Counted from the first letter of the stretch, positions 47,442-58,653 are shown. The stretch: DNA of 64,000 nucleotides from Cyanophora paradoxa CCMP329 (GCA_004431415.1 QPMI01000449.1:124001-188000), one strand, 5' to 3'. Notes: a model not told the origin generated them from the sequence alone. Numbers and translations are program-made.

Positions 47442-48049
47442 TTCGGCGCAAGCCGTTAATTGATTCTAAGTTCCTGGCTCTCATACAAATTTCTGTTCGT
47501 ACGTCTCGCTGCACAAAGAACGTATCGCACGCCCCGCAAAGACGCTAAAAAGGTGGAGAAGACTCATATCTCCAGACGTTTTTCTCAGAAGTTGAAAAGA
47601 CGCCGTCGAAATGCGATTCCGGCTCCAAAAACAGCATATGCATGCTCACATAGTCCAATCTGATCGCGAATGTGTCGCTCAACACGACGCCCAATACAGA
47701 AGAGCGGGGGACTCCGATATCGATGTTCGCGAGTCCAATGAGGATGTAGTTGATGCGCAACATCATCAAAGTCGCCCCCACGCGCCAGGAGAGGAGCGCG
47801 GACATCGATCGGGTGGGGTACAGGGTATACAAGGTGGGTACTAACAAGCTCAAGCCGCAGCTGGATGATCAAGCTCGTTCAAGCTCGTTGAGCTATAGCT
47901 CAAGCTCGTTAAGCTATAGCTCAAGCTCGTTGAGCTTTAGCTCAAGCTCCGATTGAAGCTCGTTGAGCTTTAGCTCAAGCTCAACGCCGAGCCCATCAAG
48001 CTTCGTGGCTCAAGCTTAAGCAGCTCAAGCCACAACGGGTTGCGCCGAA
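47442..48049. mobile_element. Possible non-autonomous element bounded by 16-bp inverted repeats, with an internal ~21-bp tandem array
   Basis: TTCGGCGCAAGCCGTT (47442-47457) and AACGGGTTGCGCCGAA (48034-48049) are 15/16 complementary; AGCTCAAGCTCGTTGAGCT(A/T)T repeats lie at about 47870-47985. Confidence 0.35.
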
Positions 48050-48097
48050 CTTTTGGCCGAAGGCCACCAGCTTTATGTTCCCCGCCGCCAGCTTGCC

Positions 48098-48158
48098 GCT
48101 CGAACCCACGACCATTAGGTTAAAAGCCTAACGCTCGTACCAACTGAGCTACCAGGGC
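48098..48158 (-). tRNA. tRNA-Lys(UUU) positions 1-60 only, copy 2
   Basis: Same 61 nt as 41586-41646, followed by GGCAAGC. Confidence 0.8.
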
Positions 48159-48421
48159 CGTCGGACCTCTGCCCGGTGGGCCCGACCCATCCCGTTCTCC
48201 CCGCTGCACTCCGCCGACTCCGCGAGCGCTCCCGCCGCCCGGAGAGCGTTCCCGTCGCCCGGTGAGCGCTTGGCACCTGTCTTTCGCGCCGTGCACGCCC
48301 CGCTCCGCCCTGGCGCGGCGTGAGCCCGCGGAACGCTGACGGCCGGCCGCGAGACGGCGCAGCCCGGCAGCGCGGCCGCGGAGCGCGCTTCCACCGCTCC
48401 AGCGATCGCAGCAGCAGGGCA

Positions 48422-50562
48422 ATGCCGGCCAGCGGCGCGGAGGCAGCGGCCCCAGCGGCGCGGCTCGGCGACCTCCCCGACGAGCTCTTGCAGCGCGTCG
48501 CGACGCACCTCGGGCCCCTCGGGGCGCTCCCGCTGCTCTCCGTGAGCCGCAGGCTTCGCTGCGCGCTCGCCGGCGCGCCGTGGGCCGAGCTCGCGCTCGA
48601 CCTGCGGGCGGCCGCGGCCGGCGAAGACGGGACGACTGCGGCGCGGCGGGTCGCGGGGCAGCTGCGGCCGCGGGCGGTGAGCGCGCTGGTACTGAGCGGC
48701 GGGGGTGCGGCGGCGGTCGATGCGCTCCTCTCATTCCTCGCCGGCTCCTCCCCGAGCTCGAGTCCGCCGATGTCTTCCCCGCCCCCGGGTCCGGTGCCAT
48801 CCCGATCCGACCCGCTGCGCCCGCCCGCCCGCCGGGCGGCCCTCGCTCAGCCCCGCGCAGACGGGATCGCGGCCGCGCGCGCCGCCGCCGACGGCCTCCG
48901 GCGCTTCCCCCGCCTGGCGACCCTCAAGTGGTCCGCCGCCCCGCCCCGCCGCCCCGCCGCCCCCCCGCGCGGCTTCCGGCCGCCTCCGACGCGCTGCGCC
49001 CCAGGCGGGGCCCGCCGCTGGCCATCTCGGGCCTCCCCTCCCTCCGCCACCTCTCTATCCTCGGTGCGGTTCGCCGGACGCGCCTCGTACCCTGCCCGGG
49101 CTTGGCCAGCGGATCTGAGCCCCGGCCCACGGGCTCCTGGTGCGCGCAGGGACGGACATGGCGGAGGCCGACGTCCGCGCCCTCTGCGCCGCCTTCCCCC
49201 ACCTCGAGGCGCGCCCGCCCCGCCGGCCCCGCGGCCGCCGCCGGTGTTCCTTGGCCCCGCCTAACTAGTGGCTGGCCCCTGGTCCCGCCCCACCCCGCCC
49301 CGCCCCGCTCCGCCCCGTCCCGCAGTCTCTGGAGGGCTGGTTCGGGGACCGCGCCGCCCTCGCCGCCCTCGCGCCCCTCGCCGCCCTCCGCCGCCTCTCC
49401 GCCGACCTGGTGCCCCGTACCCCCCTCCCATTTCTCCCCCCGCCCCCTGATCCGGGCGGGTACAGCTGGAGCCGGACGGGCTTGAATCGGCGCTGGCGGC
49501 CCTACCCCCCGGCCTCTCCGCCCTCGAGCTCGCCAGCATCGGCTACGAGGTCCGCGCCGCGCTGTACCCCCACACCCACGCCCGGCAGCTCACCTGAACC
49601 GCTTCCAGAGCGTGTCCGCGACCGCCCTGCGGACGCTCCCGCGCTTCGCCGACCTGCGGTCCCTGGCGATCGAGGTGCGGCTCGAATCCGCGCGGCGCCA
49701 TTTCACAATTTCGCTCTGATTTGCGATCGGGCACAGGTGGACCGCGGCTCGGTGCCCGCCCTGGGCACCCTCGCGTCTGTACCCCTCCTCTCGGAGCTCC
49801 GCCTCTCCGTGCGCCTCGGGCACACCGACGCCGAGGTGACGCGTTACCCCCCTCAGGGTTCCCTCCCCACCACCTGCTGACCCGCGTACCCCGCCACAGA
49901 CGTTGGAGCTCGTCTCCGCTCTCTCGCGAGCGGTCGGCTCGATGCAGGCCCTCCAGGCGCGTAACCCCCACTCGCCCCCCGCGCTCCCGCCGCCCCCCAG
50001 GAACGCCGATGTACCCCAGGACCTGGACCTTGATCTGGACGACTGCACTGAGGAGGGATGCGACGGCCCCGCGCGCGCCGCGGCGCTCCTCGCCGGCTGC
50101 CGGCCCAGGTGCCGTACCCCCCTTCTTCTTTTCTCTGTACCCCTCACACGTGGGTGCCGTGTAGGTTCCGGCGGCTCGGGGGGTACTTCCAGAGCCCCTC
50201 CCGCCTCGACCCGCTGGCCTCCGCCTTCGCCTCCGGCCCCTTCCCCCGCTTGAAGGTGCGCTTTCGCGTACCCCCCTTCCCCAAAAGATCTTATTTTCTC
50301 GCCGCAGGAGGTCGAGATCACGTACGCGGCAGCCCGCTCCGCTCCCGGCGCGGAGTCCCTGTACCCCCTCCTCCGCGCTCTTTCCGCGATCCACGCAGCC
50401 ATGGCGTCCCTCGAGCTTGGCCCCCGCCCGCGCCTGCGGCTCCGGCTGGGGGCACCCTCGGAGCTGCGGGGCGGGCCCCTGTTCCCCCAGTGGGAGGCCT
50501 TCTGGCGGGAGGCCGCCCGGAGCCCGTTCGGCGTCGCCCTTCTGCACCCCGCCGCGCTCTGA
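48422..50562 (+). CDS. F-box / LRR protein, copy 2
   Basis: MPASGAEAAAPAARLGDLPDELLQRVATHLG; paralog of 41909-44030, with one C fewer in a run near 48750. Confidence 0.75.
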
Positions 50563-51365
50563 GCTCGACAAGTCGGCGCGCATCGACAACCGTTGAACAC
50601 GGCCGACCTCGAGGCTATAATATAATGCCGCTAGATGTACATTATACATCTATTGTGCTCAAATCAATAGCTCACATTCAAATACCAAATGTTCGATCTC
50701 CGCGAGCCAAATGTTCGCCAGGTCGGCGGAGAGGCGAGGGGCGCTAGGCCTAGGGCGGCGCGGGAAGAAGCTCCCACCCCTCCGGCCCGGCGGCCGACGC
50801 CCGGGCCCCGGCCGGCGACCGACGCCCCGGCTGCGCGCGCGGTCGGGGACCACGCCCCGGTGCGCTCATATCATGGAAGTTAAGGAGGGATCGCGATCGG
50901 AGAGGGAGAGGGCCACGTGCCCTCCCGAGGCTCGTGCGACTCGGCTCGAGGCACGAACTCGATGAGAGAAGATCCTCAAATCGATATCGGACAGGCCGGC
51001 GCCAGGCCCATAGCATGCGCATGGCCAGGGGCCCGGCCCGGCCCGGGCGCCTGCCTCTGGTCCGCGCCGGGCATGAGCTATAGCTAGCGATTGAAAGCTC
51101 GAACGCTAGCTATATATATGTGGGCCTTTGTGAAGCGTTGAGCTCTCGAGCTTGCCCCTTCGCTGTCAATGCATTGTTAACCCTCGGAGGTTGCATGAGT
51201 CACGCGTCGCGGAGGTTTGGGTGTTATATTGCGATCAGGTACACGCTGCACTAACAGGGGGGCTAGCACTAACCGACGCGGGGAGTAACAGCCGGTGTAC
51301 CCCTCGGGGGGCCTCCCGGCCTCTAACGATGCTCAGGCTCTAACTGAATGCTGTACCCCCCGCTG

Positions 51366-52102
51366 TTACTGCCCGAACCTTCCGAACTTGCGTAATTCGG
51401 CCTCGCCCTGTACCCAGTGGCTGGTGTCGTCCATCCATTCGCGTACCTCCCTCTGACGCTTGAGTGACTCACGCTGCTCGGGGTAGGGAGGGGGGCCTTC
51501 GAGGCGGGGTGGGGAAGGGGGTACGGTGGCAAAATTCAGCCACTCGGGGGTATGCCGAATTCGCCGTGAACGATCCTCTGCGGTGTGAAATACCGGTCGC
51601 TGCTCACGGCCAAGTGGAAGAACGCGCTCCTGAGCCCGGAGAGGAAGCGTGGTTGCATGAATGGCTGCTGGAGGGACTCGTCGCGCCAGGGGGCTACGAA
51701 ATCAATGATACGCTGCTGTACCTGCGCGGGCAGGGCAAGGATCTGGCTCTTGCGGTTCGCAAAGGCCGTCCACAGCGCTTGCAGGTCGGCCCAATCGCCG
51801 TTCAGATCCCTGCGTTCGCGCCTCAGGTACGATCTCGGGTTCTCTGTCATACCCATCAAGCCCGCGGCCCTGATCATCTCCCTGTCCGGGAGCTCTCGCT
51901 CGTCGTGGAATTCGTCTCTAATCCAGCGCACAAGGTAGAGCACGCGCTCCATGAAGTTCTCCGCCGGCGAGCCGCCCCCTGAGGACGTGCGCCTCCCCTC
52001 CAGCACTGCGTTCGCATCCTCCAAGTCCACGTTCCGCTGTCGAATCTCCCCGTCCAGGTCGCCGTTGTTGTACAGCACGTCGGACTCGCGTGTTCGCGCC
52101 AT
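51366..52102 (-). CDS. Orphan protein A (paralog of B); frameshift near 51540
   Basis: ORF 51536-52102 continues in another frame as KRQREVREWMDDTSHWVQGEAELRKFGRFGQ, stop at 51366-51368. Confidence 0.65.
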
Positions 52103-52136
52103 GCTCGCGGCTCGGTGAGAATTTATACCTGTACCC

Positions 52137-52969
52137 CTACTCGCGGTCGGGGTACCTGTCGCCGGGCATCAGCCTCGCGCGCTTCCGCATCTCCGCCTCC
52201 CCGGGTAGCCAGTTCTTCGGGTCGTTGCTCCACTCCTCCCATTCGCGTATGTCCCGTCTGACGTCACGCGGGGCGGGGCGTTTATCGGTGGGGCGGACGG
52301 GGCTGGCAGGGCCTGGCGCGGGGGTTGAGGCCCCTGTTCCACGAGTACTCGGGGTACTCTTCCCATCCCAGGGGTACCAGATTCATCGGAATTGGCTCAA
52401 CTTCGAATTGGGGCTTTTTGACGTGATAATCATAGTTTGTGACATACGCCGTCACAGCCGAGCGCAAGCGCGAGAGGTCGCGCAAATTTACGTCGTCCCA
52501 TTGCGAGTCCCTTGCCTTCGCGTACCACTCGAGGATTTGCATGCGAATGTGGTCCGGGAGGGTCGAGAGTATGCTGAGCTTGGAGCCCAGGGCGAACCAG
52601 ATGCGCTTGAACTCGTCGATAATCCTGCCCTCGTCGTGGCTCCGAAAGTAATGGGCACCGCCAGCGTTGTGATGCGAATCGAGCCACCCTGCCTGGGCCA
52701 GCTCTAGCACCGGCCAGGGTTGGCGCTGTCGATTCGGTCGCGAGGCCCGCTCAACCACCCAGCGTCTAAGGTCCTTGACCTGATCTATGAACTGTGCGCC
52801 GCCACTACCCTTGTCTGGTTGGTTCACTGTCGATTGTGCTTCGGGCCTTCGGGTCCTTCGCCTTTCGTCAAAACCGCACAACCGGCTTGGGCGTGTCTTA
52901 TACATACTCTTCTTCTTCTTCTTCGAACTGTGCGATCACGTCCTTGGGCGCTTCCTCTGCATCCGACAT
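52137..52969 (-). pseudogene. Orphan protein B (paralog of A); disrupted near both ends
   Basis: MSDAEEAPKDVIAQFEEEEEEYV-stop; core ORF 52282-52905; tail VRRDIREWEEWSNDPKNWLPGEAEMRKRARL, stop at 52137-52139. Confidence 0.6.
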
Positions 52970-53019
52970 TTGTAATTGCACACATCAAGAAATTCTAAAC
53001 GCTACTGCGAGGCTAAGCT

Positions 53020-53709
53020 ATGCATACCGATACAGATTGCGAGACTTTGCAACAGGGGAGCGCGGCGTGGCACGCGGCGCGCCGTGAAAAACTAACTGCA
53101 TCTAATTTTGCGGCTGCGTGCGGCATAAACCCCTGGAAATCCAGGGCCCGCCTGTGGGCGGAGCTAAGCGGGATAGCGGAGGAAAACAACTTTGACAACC
53201 CTGCCCTAACCTATGGGCATGATTATGAGCCCTTCGCGGTCTCTATCTACAAGGCACTGAACGATAACGTTGACATTAAACATACTGGACTGCACGAACA
53301 TAAAGAAATGCCGTTCCTCGCCGGTAGCCCCGACGGACTTATAGGAAATGATAGAATTTTAGAGGTGAAATGCCCGTACAAGGGCGAACTTTATGATAGA
53401 GTTCCTACTTATTACATGCCGCAGTTACAAGGACTTCTGGACATAACGGGCCGCGAGTGGGCCGAACTTTTTTGCTTCACTCCTCTGCGCGTGCAAACGT
53501 GGTACGTCAGGCGCGACGAGAGGTACATCGAGCTCATGAGGAAGTGCTTACATCTATTTTGGATGCACGTCAAGGAGGGCACGCCGCCCGAGCCCTACAG
53601 CGATCGAATGAAGTTAGAGAACCTCAGCGAGGAGCAGGCGGCGCTGCGCGAGTTTAAGTCGTACGCCCTCCTCTCAGAGTCTAGGCAGACTACTTCTGTC
53701 CCAGGCTAG
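53020..53709 (+). CDS. YqaJ-like viral recombinase / lambda-exonuclease family nuclease
   Basis: QGSAAWHAARREKLTAS, ALTYGHDYEP, FLAGSPDGL, LEVKCP and YYMPQLQGLL. Intronless and visibly more AT-rich than the host genes. Confidence 0.92.
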   Translation: MHTDTDCETLQQGSAAWHAARREKLTASNFAAACGINPWKSRARLWAELSGIAEENNFDNPALTYGHDYEPFAVSIYKALNDNVDIKHTGLHEHKEMPFLAGSPDGLIGNDRILEVKCPYKGELYDRVPTYYMPQLQGLLDITGREWAELFCFTPLRVQTWYVRRDERYIELMRKCLHLFWMHVKEGTPPEPYSDRMKLENLSEEQAALREFKSYALLSESRQTTSVPG

Positions 53710-53751
53710 GTCTTTGGAATCTTAATATAAATTTTCCGGGGACCCGGGACA
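53697..53751 (+). repeat. 50-bp palindrome with AT-rich centre, copy 1 (5-nt insertion)
   Basis: tgtcccagg[ctagg]tctttggaatcttaatataaattttccggggacccgggaca. Confidence 0.9.
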
Positions 53752-53849
53752 GGCCTTGTCGGACATGGCAATGTCAGAACCTTCCCGATCATCTAGATCT
53801 ATAATGATTCTAGGGAGGGTCCAGACACATCTCTTGTGCGGACCACTTC

Positions 53850-53899
53850 TGTCCCAGGTCTTTGGAATCTTAATATAAATTTTCCAGGGACCCGGGACA
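53850..53899 (+). repeat. 50-bp palindrome, copy 2
   Basis: tgtcccaggtctttggaatcttaatataaattttccagggacccgggaca. Confidence 0.92.
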
Positions 53900-54030
53900 G
53901 GCCTCGTCGAACAAACCTCTTCATGGGCCAAGATTTCGTGCATGCATCGGCCGCAGCTCATGCGAAAAATCATGTCTGATCCGATCCTGATCATGACGTC
54001 CTGCAAATTGAAGAATCGTCTGACCGGGAG

Positions 54031-54080
54031 TGTCCCGGGTCCCTGGAAATTTTATATTAAGATTCCAGAGACCCGGGACA
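54031..54080 (-). repeat. 50-bp palindrome, copy 3 (inverted)
   Basis: tgtcccgggtccctggaaattttatattaagattccagagacccgggaca. Confidence 0.92.
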
Positions 54081-54169
54081 GATCTACCTAGAGGGAACAT
54101 CCAAAATGCTGTACCCCTCCCACCCCGTGATCTTTCGAATTCAATCTGATGGGCCGACCTGAGTGACGG

Positions 54170-54219
54170 TGTCCTGGGTCCCCGGAAAGTTTATATTAAG
54201 ATTCCAAGGACCTGGGACA
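54170..54219 (-). repeat. 50-bp palindrome, copy 4 (inverted)
   Basis: tgtcctgggtccccggaaagtttatattaagattccaaggacctgggaca. Confidence 0.9.
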
Positions 54220-54285
54220 AGAGCAATGCATTTTCGCACGACGTTGACATAGCCTGATCACGAGAGAAAAATGTACCCCGATCTA

Positions 54286-57200
54286 TCAAATCCGCCGATG
54301 GAGCAGCGAGTAGCAGTCGCAGAACAGATCTTTCACCTCCAAGTAATCCGGCCCCACGCCAGCCCAGCGCTGCCTTGCTTGGCGCTCTGCAACATCTTCG
54401 AGAGTGTCTTCCTTGACCCACGTGATGCACTTGCGCTTGCGAGAGCCGGCGCCCTCCTGCCCTTCTCGGGTCCGTTTTTCCCCGGACCGGGCCCGTCTCA
54501 CCCCCATGTACTTTTCGAGCAGGTACTGAATCACCCGCCACGACTGCTGCGCAAGCTTGGCCTTCTCATTGTCCGATGCATCGAGTTTAGGGGCCCGCTC
54601 GTCCAGACTCTGCAGCACCGCGTAAGCCTCCCGGCCCTCCGGTGATGCGAGCGCCGCGTAGGCTTCGTCCGACCAAAGCATACAGCTGTCGCCGGCCAGC
54701 TTCTCGTACCCCGGCCCAAAAAGTCGCTTGAAAAGCTCCGCAACCTTCGAGACCCTGTGGTACTCAGTAGACGAGGCGATCTCGGCCATGTCGCCGCCGC
54801 GCTTCAGCACAAGGATGATCCGCGACATCAGCGGGATCGAGTAGAATGACTTCCACAGCCAGGCCACGTCGCTCTCGGTCAGCGCGCTTGCGTCCTTGGC
54901 CAGGAACGCAGCGGTCGCTAGGCGCGCGAGTGCAGCAACCTTCTCCACGTCGACCTTAGCAAGCGAATCGCGCGAATGCCACCAGGAGTCCAGCAGCATG
55001 TACAGTTCGGTGATGTCCAGGGCGGAGACTCGAGTACGTACTTGATCTCGCGCTGCCGCTGCTCCTTCTCCTCTTTCGGCCCCTTGTTTCCCTGATCCTC
55101 CGTGACCCGCACGTTCATCACGGCGCAGGTCGACAGCAGCCGCAGCCGCGCGGCCACGGCGAGGCGCCGCGTCGGCATGCCGGCCCGCCGACTCCCGTGA
55201 TGGCTCGCCTTCAAGTCCAGATAGCGCTGCGTGTCTGCAGTGCTAGCTCTCTCATCATCGCTCTCACGCCAGTGCGCGGTCGCCTCGCCCACGCTGACGG
55301 AGGGCGCGGACGCGCGGCTCTTGCGCACGGCGACGAGCAGGTGCTCTCCGCCGGGCGGCTCGCCGCGCCTGCGCAGCTTTCTCACTCGGAACAGCAGCTG
55401 CACGATGTCGTCGGCCTCTAGCTGCGCGGGTTCGGCCTGGAAAACGCCGTAGATCTTGTCAAAGTGCGCTTCCGGAAAGTCCACGCCCGCCCCGAGCGCG
55501 GACGTCGCGATGAGCACGTCGCAGGCCTTGTACGCGCCCTCCTCCGAGACGTCGATCGACACTACGCGGACCGGGCCCTCGTTCGTGAAGCGCACGCTCT
55601 TCTCCTTCGCCTGCCCAACGATGAGCCCAATTGTGAACGGTGCGCCGCTGCCGTCCTCGGGCCCTGCCTCGAGCTGAGTCACGTACTGAGCGCCGCCCAG
55701 GCTGAGCTGCTCCAGCGCCTGCTTCGAAATCTTGTCTGCTAGCTCATTCGCCTTGGCCGGCGTCTCCGCGATGATCATGGCCCGCGAGCGCCCAGGTCGG
55801 CACTGCACCATGATGTCCTTCTCGACGTGCGCCGGGCTGTCTGACACGCGCATCTTCCAGTCGCAGGTCCGGCGCGAGTTGTGCAGGAGCCCAAGGCGCG
55901 CCCCGCGCTCCAGCGCGGACTCCGCGAGGTACGCGAGATCGACCGGCCGGACGAAGCCGTCCATCGCCACGATGCGCGAGGCCTTCATCACGTTTCGCAT
56001 TAGCTGCACGCAGCGCGCGTTTCGGGGCATTGACCGCACGCCCATGTGCAGGCCGGCGGGTTCGAGGGTGCCGCTCGAAGTGAGGTGCTTCGTGAGGGAG
56101 GAGAGCTCGTCCAGCACGATCATCAGCGGCGCAGTCGACCAGCCCGCCCAGTCCTCAAGTACCTTGTGCAGCGAGTCGATCGTGATGACGACGCACCTGC
56201 ACTTCGGATGGCGGTAGCCCCACTTGCCGTGCGTCCCATTTGAGCTCTCCGGCGGCTTCTGAATGTCCATGTACAGCACGGCGTCCTCAGGCAGGCCCAC
56301 GTCATCCAGGCGGCGCTTCAGGTCGCGGGAGAAGGCGCGGCGGCAGGTCAAGAGGATCACGCGCCAGCCCCCTCGAGGGCTGGCTTCAGGTACGTCTCGA
56401 TGAGGGCCTGCGTCTTCCCCGTGTTGAGGCCCGAGCAGATGACGTCGACCTGGGCGGCCCCCGGCTCCAGCGGACCGAACGTGGAGGTGAGCAGCCCTGG
56501 ATCGCGCGTCAGGTAGTCCGTATCCACGACCTTCACGCAGTGCGGTGTCAGGCCCGTCGATTCGAGTGCGATCAGGAGCGACGGGAGGGCCACGTCGAGC
56601 GCCACGGGCTGGGACGGGTCCGTCACGTAAGACGCCGCCGTCTCGCTGCAGCTCCCGTCTCCAGCTCCCCCCTCCTGCTCCACCTCGACACCGTGCGCCC
56701 GAATCGCGATTCTGAGGGCCGGCGATCCTGGCTGATCGCTCATCTTCAGGGTGATTGTTCCGTCGGGCTCGACTGCAATGTCTTGAACGCGGCGGGGGTC
56801 ATTCAGGCTGATCTCAGTGCGCAACGCCGCCCCCGCCCGCCAGATCTCGTCCCTCACCAGCTTGTTCTCGCGCAGGAGGCTCAGGAACCGATCGAAGTCC
56901 GGGAGCGGAGCCTGGGCGTCGCCCGTCAAGCTCAGCGGGGGGTGGGGCGGCTCCTTGCGGGGGAGGAGCTCCTGGCGCCGCAGTCCCGAGCAAGCCCCCC
57001 GAGCTGCGGCGCCCTGCGGCCCCTGCGCCACCCCCTGCGCCGATCCCTGCGTCGGCCCCTGCAGGACGTAGGCTCCTGTGTCGTCCCCCCCGAGCTCCAG
57101 GCCGCTAGATGTCCCCAGCAGCCAGGTCGCAAAGGCGCAGGCCTCCGGGCTCTGCAGGACGTAGGCAGCCTTGAGCCCGTTGTGCGATGTTCGAGAGAAA

Positions 57201-57456
57201 GTGAGGCCTCCGAAGCTCTCCGCGCATGCACGGGCGGCCGCGGTGCTCGTCTCGTCTTCCGCGTCGGAGAAGTGCTTGGACATGATGTGCGGCGGGTGAA
57301 AGATACAGAAGACCATTCCGAGATCAGCGCTGCAGACCTTCTGGACGCAGACGAGGGGAAGCGAGTGAAGAAAAGCTCTTCTTGCGGGCTCAGGTCCACG
57401 GGAGTTACCCCCGGCAGACGGGAGAGTAGACTGTCGGAGCACGTCGAGGTGGCCAT
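54286..57456 (-). CDS. Replication origin-binding protein-like SF2 helicase (herpes UL9 / NCLDV OBP-like), split by single-base shifts
   Basis: Walker A VICSGLNTGKT; Ia ILLTCRRAFS; ITIDSLHKV; Walker B MIVLDELSS; III IVAMDG; V LIATSALGAGVDF..HFDKIYG; VI IVQLLFRVRKL. Frames join by adding one G at about 56370 (EGGWRVILL) and one C at about 55022 (PPLDITELYML). Confidence 0.85.
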
Positions 57457-57635
57457 GCTCTCGGGTTAGGCCTGCTGTTTCGTGTTAGGCTTGGAAAATT
57501 TTCAGTGGCACCGGCCGGAAACTGCACACCTTGAGAACTCGAACTCGAACTCCAAGGCTCGGTGAATTGGCGCTAGCTGCACTGTCGACGTCGACTGTCG
57601 GACCGTCGACGTCGGACTTCGGATGTCTCGTCTTC

Positions 57636-57685
57636 TGTCCCAGGTCTTTGGAATCTTAATATAAATTTTCCAGGGACCCGGGACA
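57636..57685 (+). repeat. 50-bp palindrome, copy 5 (upstream of the helicase)
   Basis: Identical to copy 2. Confidence 0.92.
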
Positions 57686-58653
57686 CTCTGGTCTGACGAC
57701 GCTGCAGCTCGAAGCGCTCAACTGGGTCCGGTTGACGGCACACAGGCTATCAGGGTGCCAGGCCTAGCCTAGTACGTAGGCTGACCGTCGGACCAGTACT
57801 GGCGGTTCAGTTGAAGCCGAGTACTACTAGCGCTAGCTATAGCGCCAGCGCTAGCTGTAGGCTAGTACTAGTACTAGATCGAGAGACGGTACGGCGCGCC
57901 ACAGCTAGCGAGCTCGCGCTCGCTCGCCTTTGCGCTGAAGCTTAGAAAATTTTGGGCTCACGCGGTCGTTCCACGTGTTCTGTCCGGACAACCTGTACCC
58001 CAGCTGTCCAGCCAAGTAGTCAGAGCTCTCCAATCCTGCGGCGCTTGGGCCCCGTGCTTCTCAGAGCACTTGATGGAGGCCAGCGTGTGCGTTCTGTGCT
58101 CTCGGGAGCCGCCGCTTCGTTCCCGCCGATGCAGAAGTGCGTCTCGGTCGGCGACCCCTCTCTCCGCGGAGCGGCTAGCTGGAGAGCTCTCCCGATGCCG
58201 CGCGCTTACACTGCGGTGCGCAGGCTCGGTTGCTGTGGCCGGCAACCTTCGAGAGCTCGATGGCACCCAAGCTGAACCACCTCGCCGCATCGCGGAGGTG
58301 CTGGCTCCCTCTTTCGCAGCTCTTTCGCTTACACTTACACTTTCGCTAGACCGTGCCGCACAGCCTCGCGCTCATTTCCCCCACGTTCGCAGAACTTCGG
58401 CGTCGGCGCAGGTTCCGGGATCTGCGACCGCGCCTCCCGCAGCTCGAGCCGGCGTCTGCGGCGACCCGCGCATGCATCTAGATCCTATTCTGAAACCCGT
58501 GCGTCGATCCGGGGTCCCGGGCTCGCGTTCCTGCGCCTCCCGGACCCTCACACTGCTCCTGTTTGCATCCTAGCTAAGACCTTCCTCGCCCGCAGCCGGT
58601 CTCGTCCTCGGCACATTGTGAGCGGCATCAGTGGAGCTGGAGTTCCGCACTTT

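Larger units (their letters stand above)
48090..50571 (+). repeat. Segmental duplication copy 2
   Basis: Near-identical to 41578-44039. Confidence 0.92.

Noticed and set aside
341-50850. Hundreds of long Arg/Pro/Gly-rich ORFs in the supplied track
   Set aside because: They are shadows of very high GC content and intron read-through; the real genes are multi-exon.
53697-54219. CRISPR-like array
   Set aside because: The repeats are 50 bp, change orientation, have uneven 90-130 nt gaps, and no cas genes are present.
55015-56375. Programmed ribosomal frameshifting in the helicase
   Set aside because: The shifts are single missing bases in short G/C runs, and the same defect affects many host and element genes. 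Sequencing indels or decay explain this more simply.
56240-57469. 409-aa plus-strand ORF
   Set aside because: Antisense shadow of the helicase gene.
57950-58573. ORFs between the helicase and the intron-containing gene
   Set aside because: No recognisable motifs or convincing coding frame by eye.
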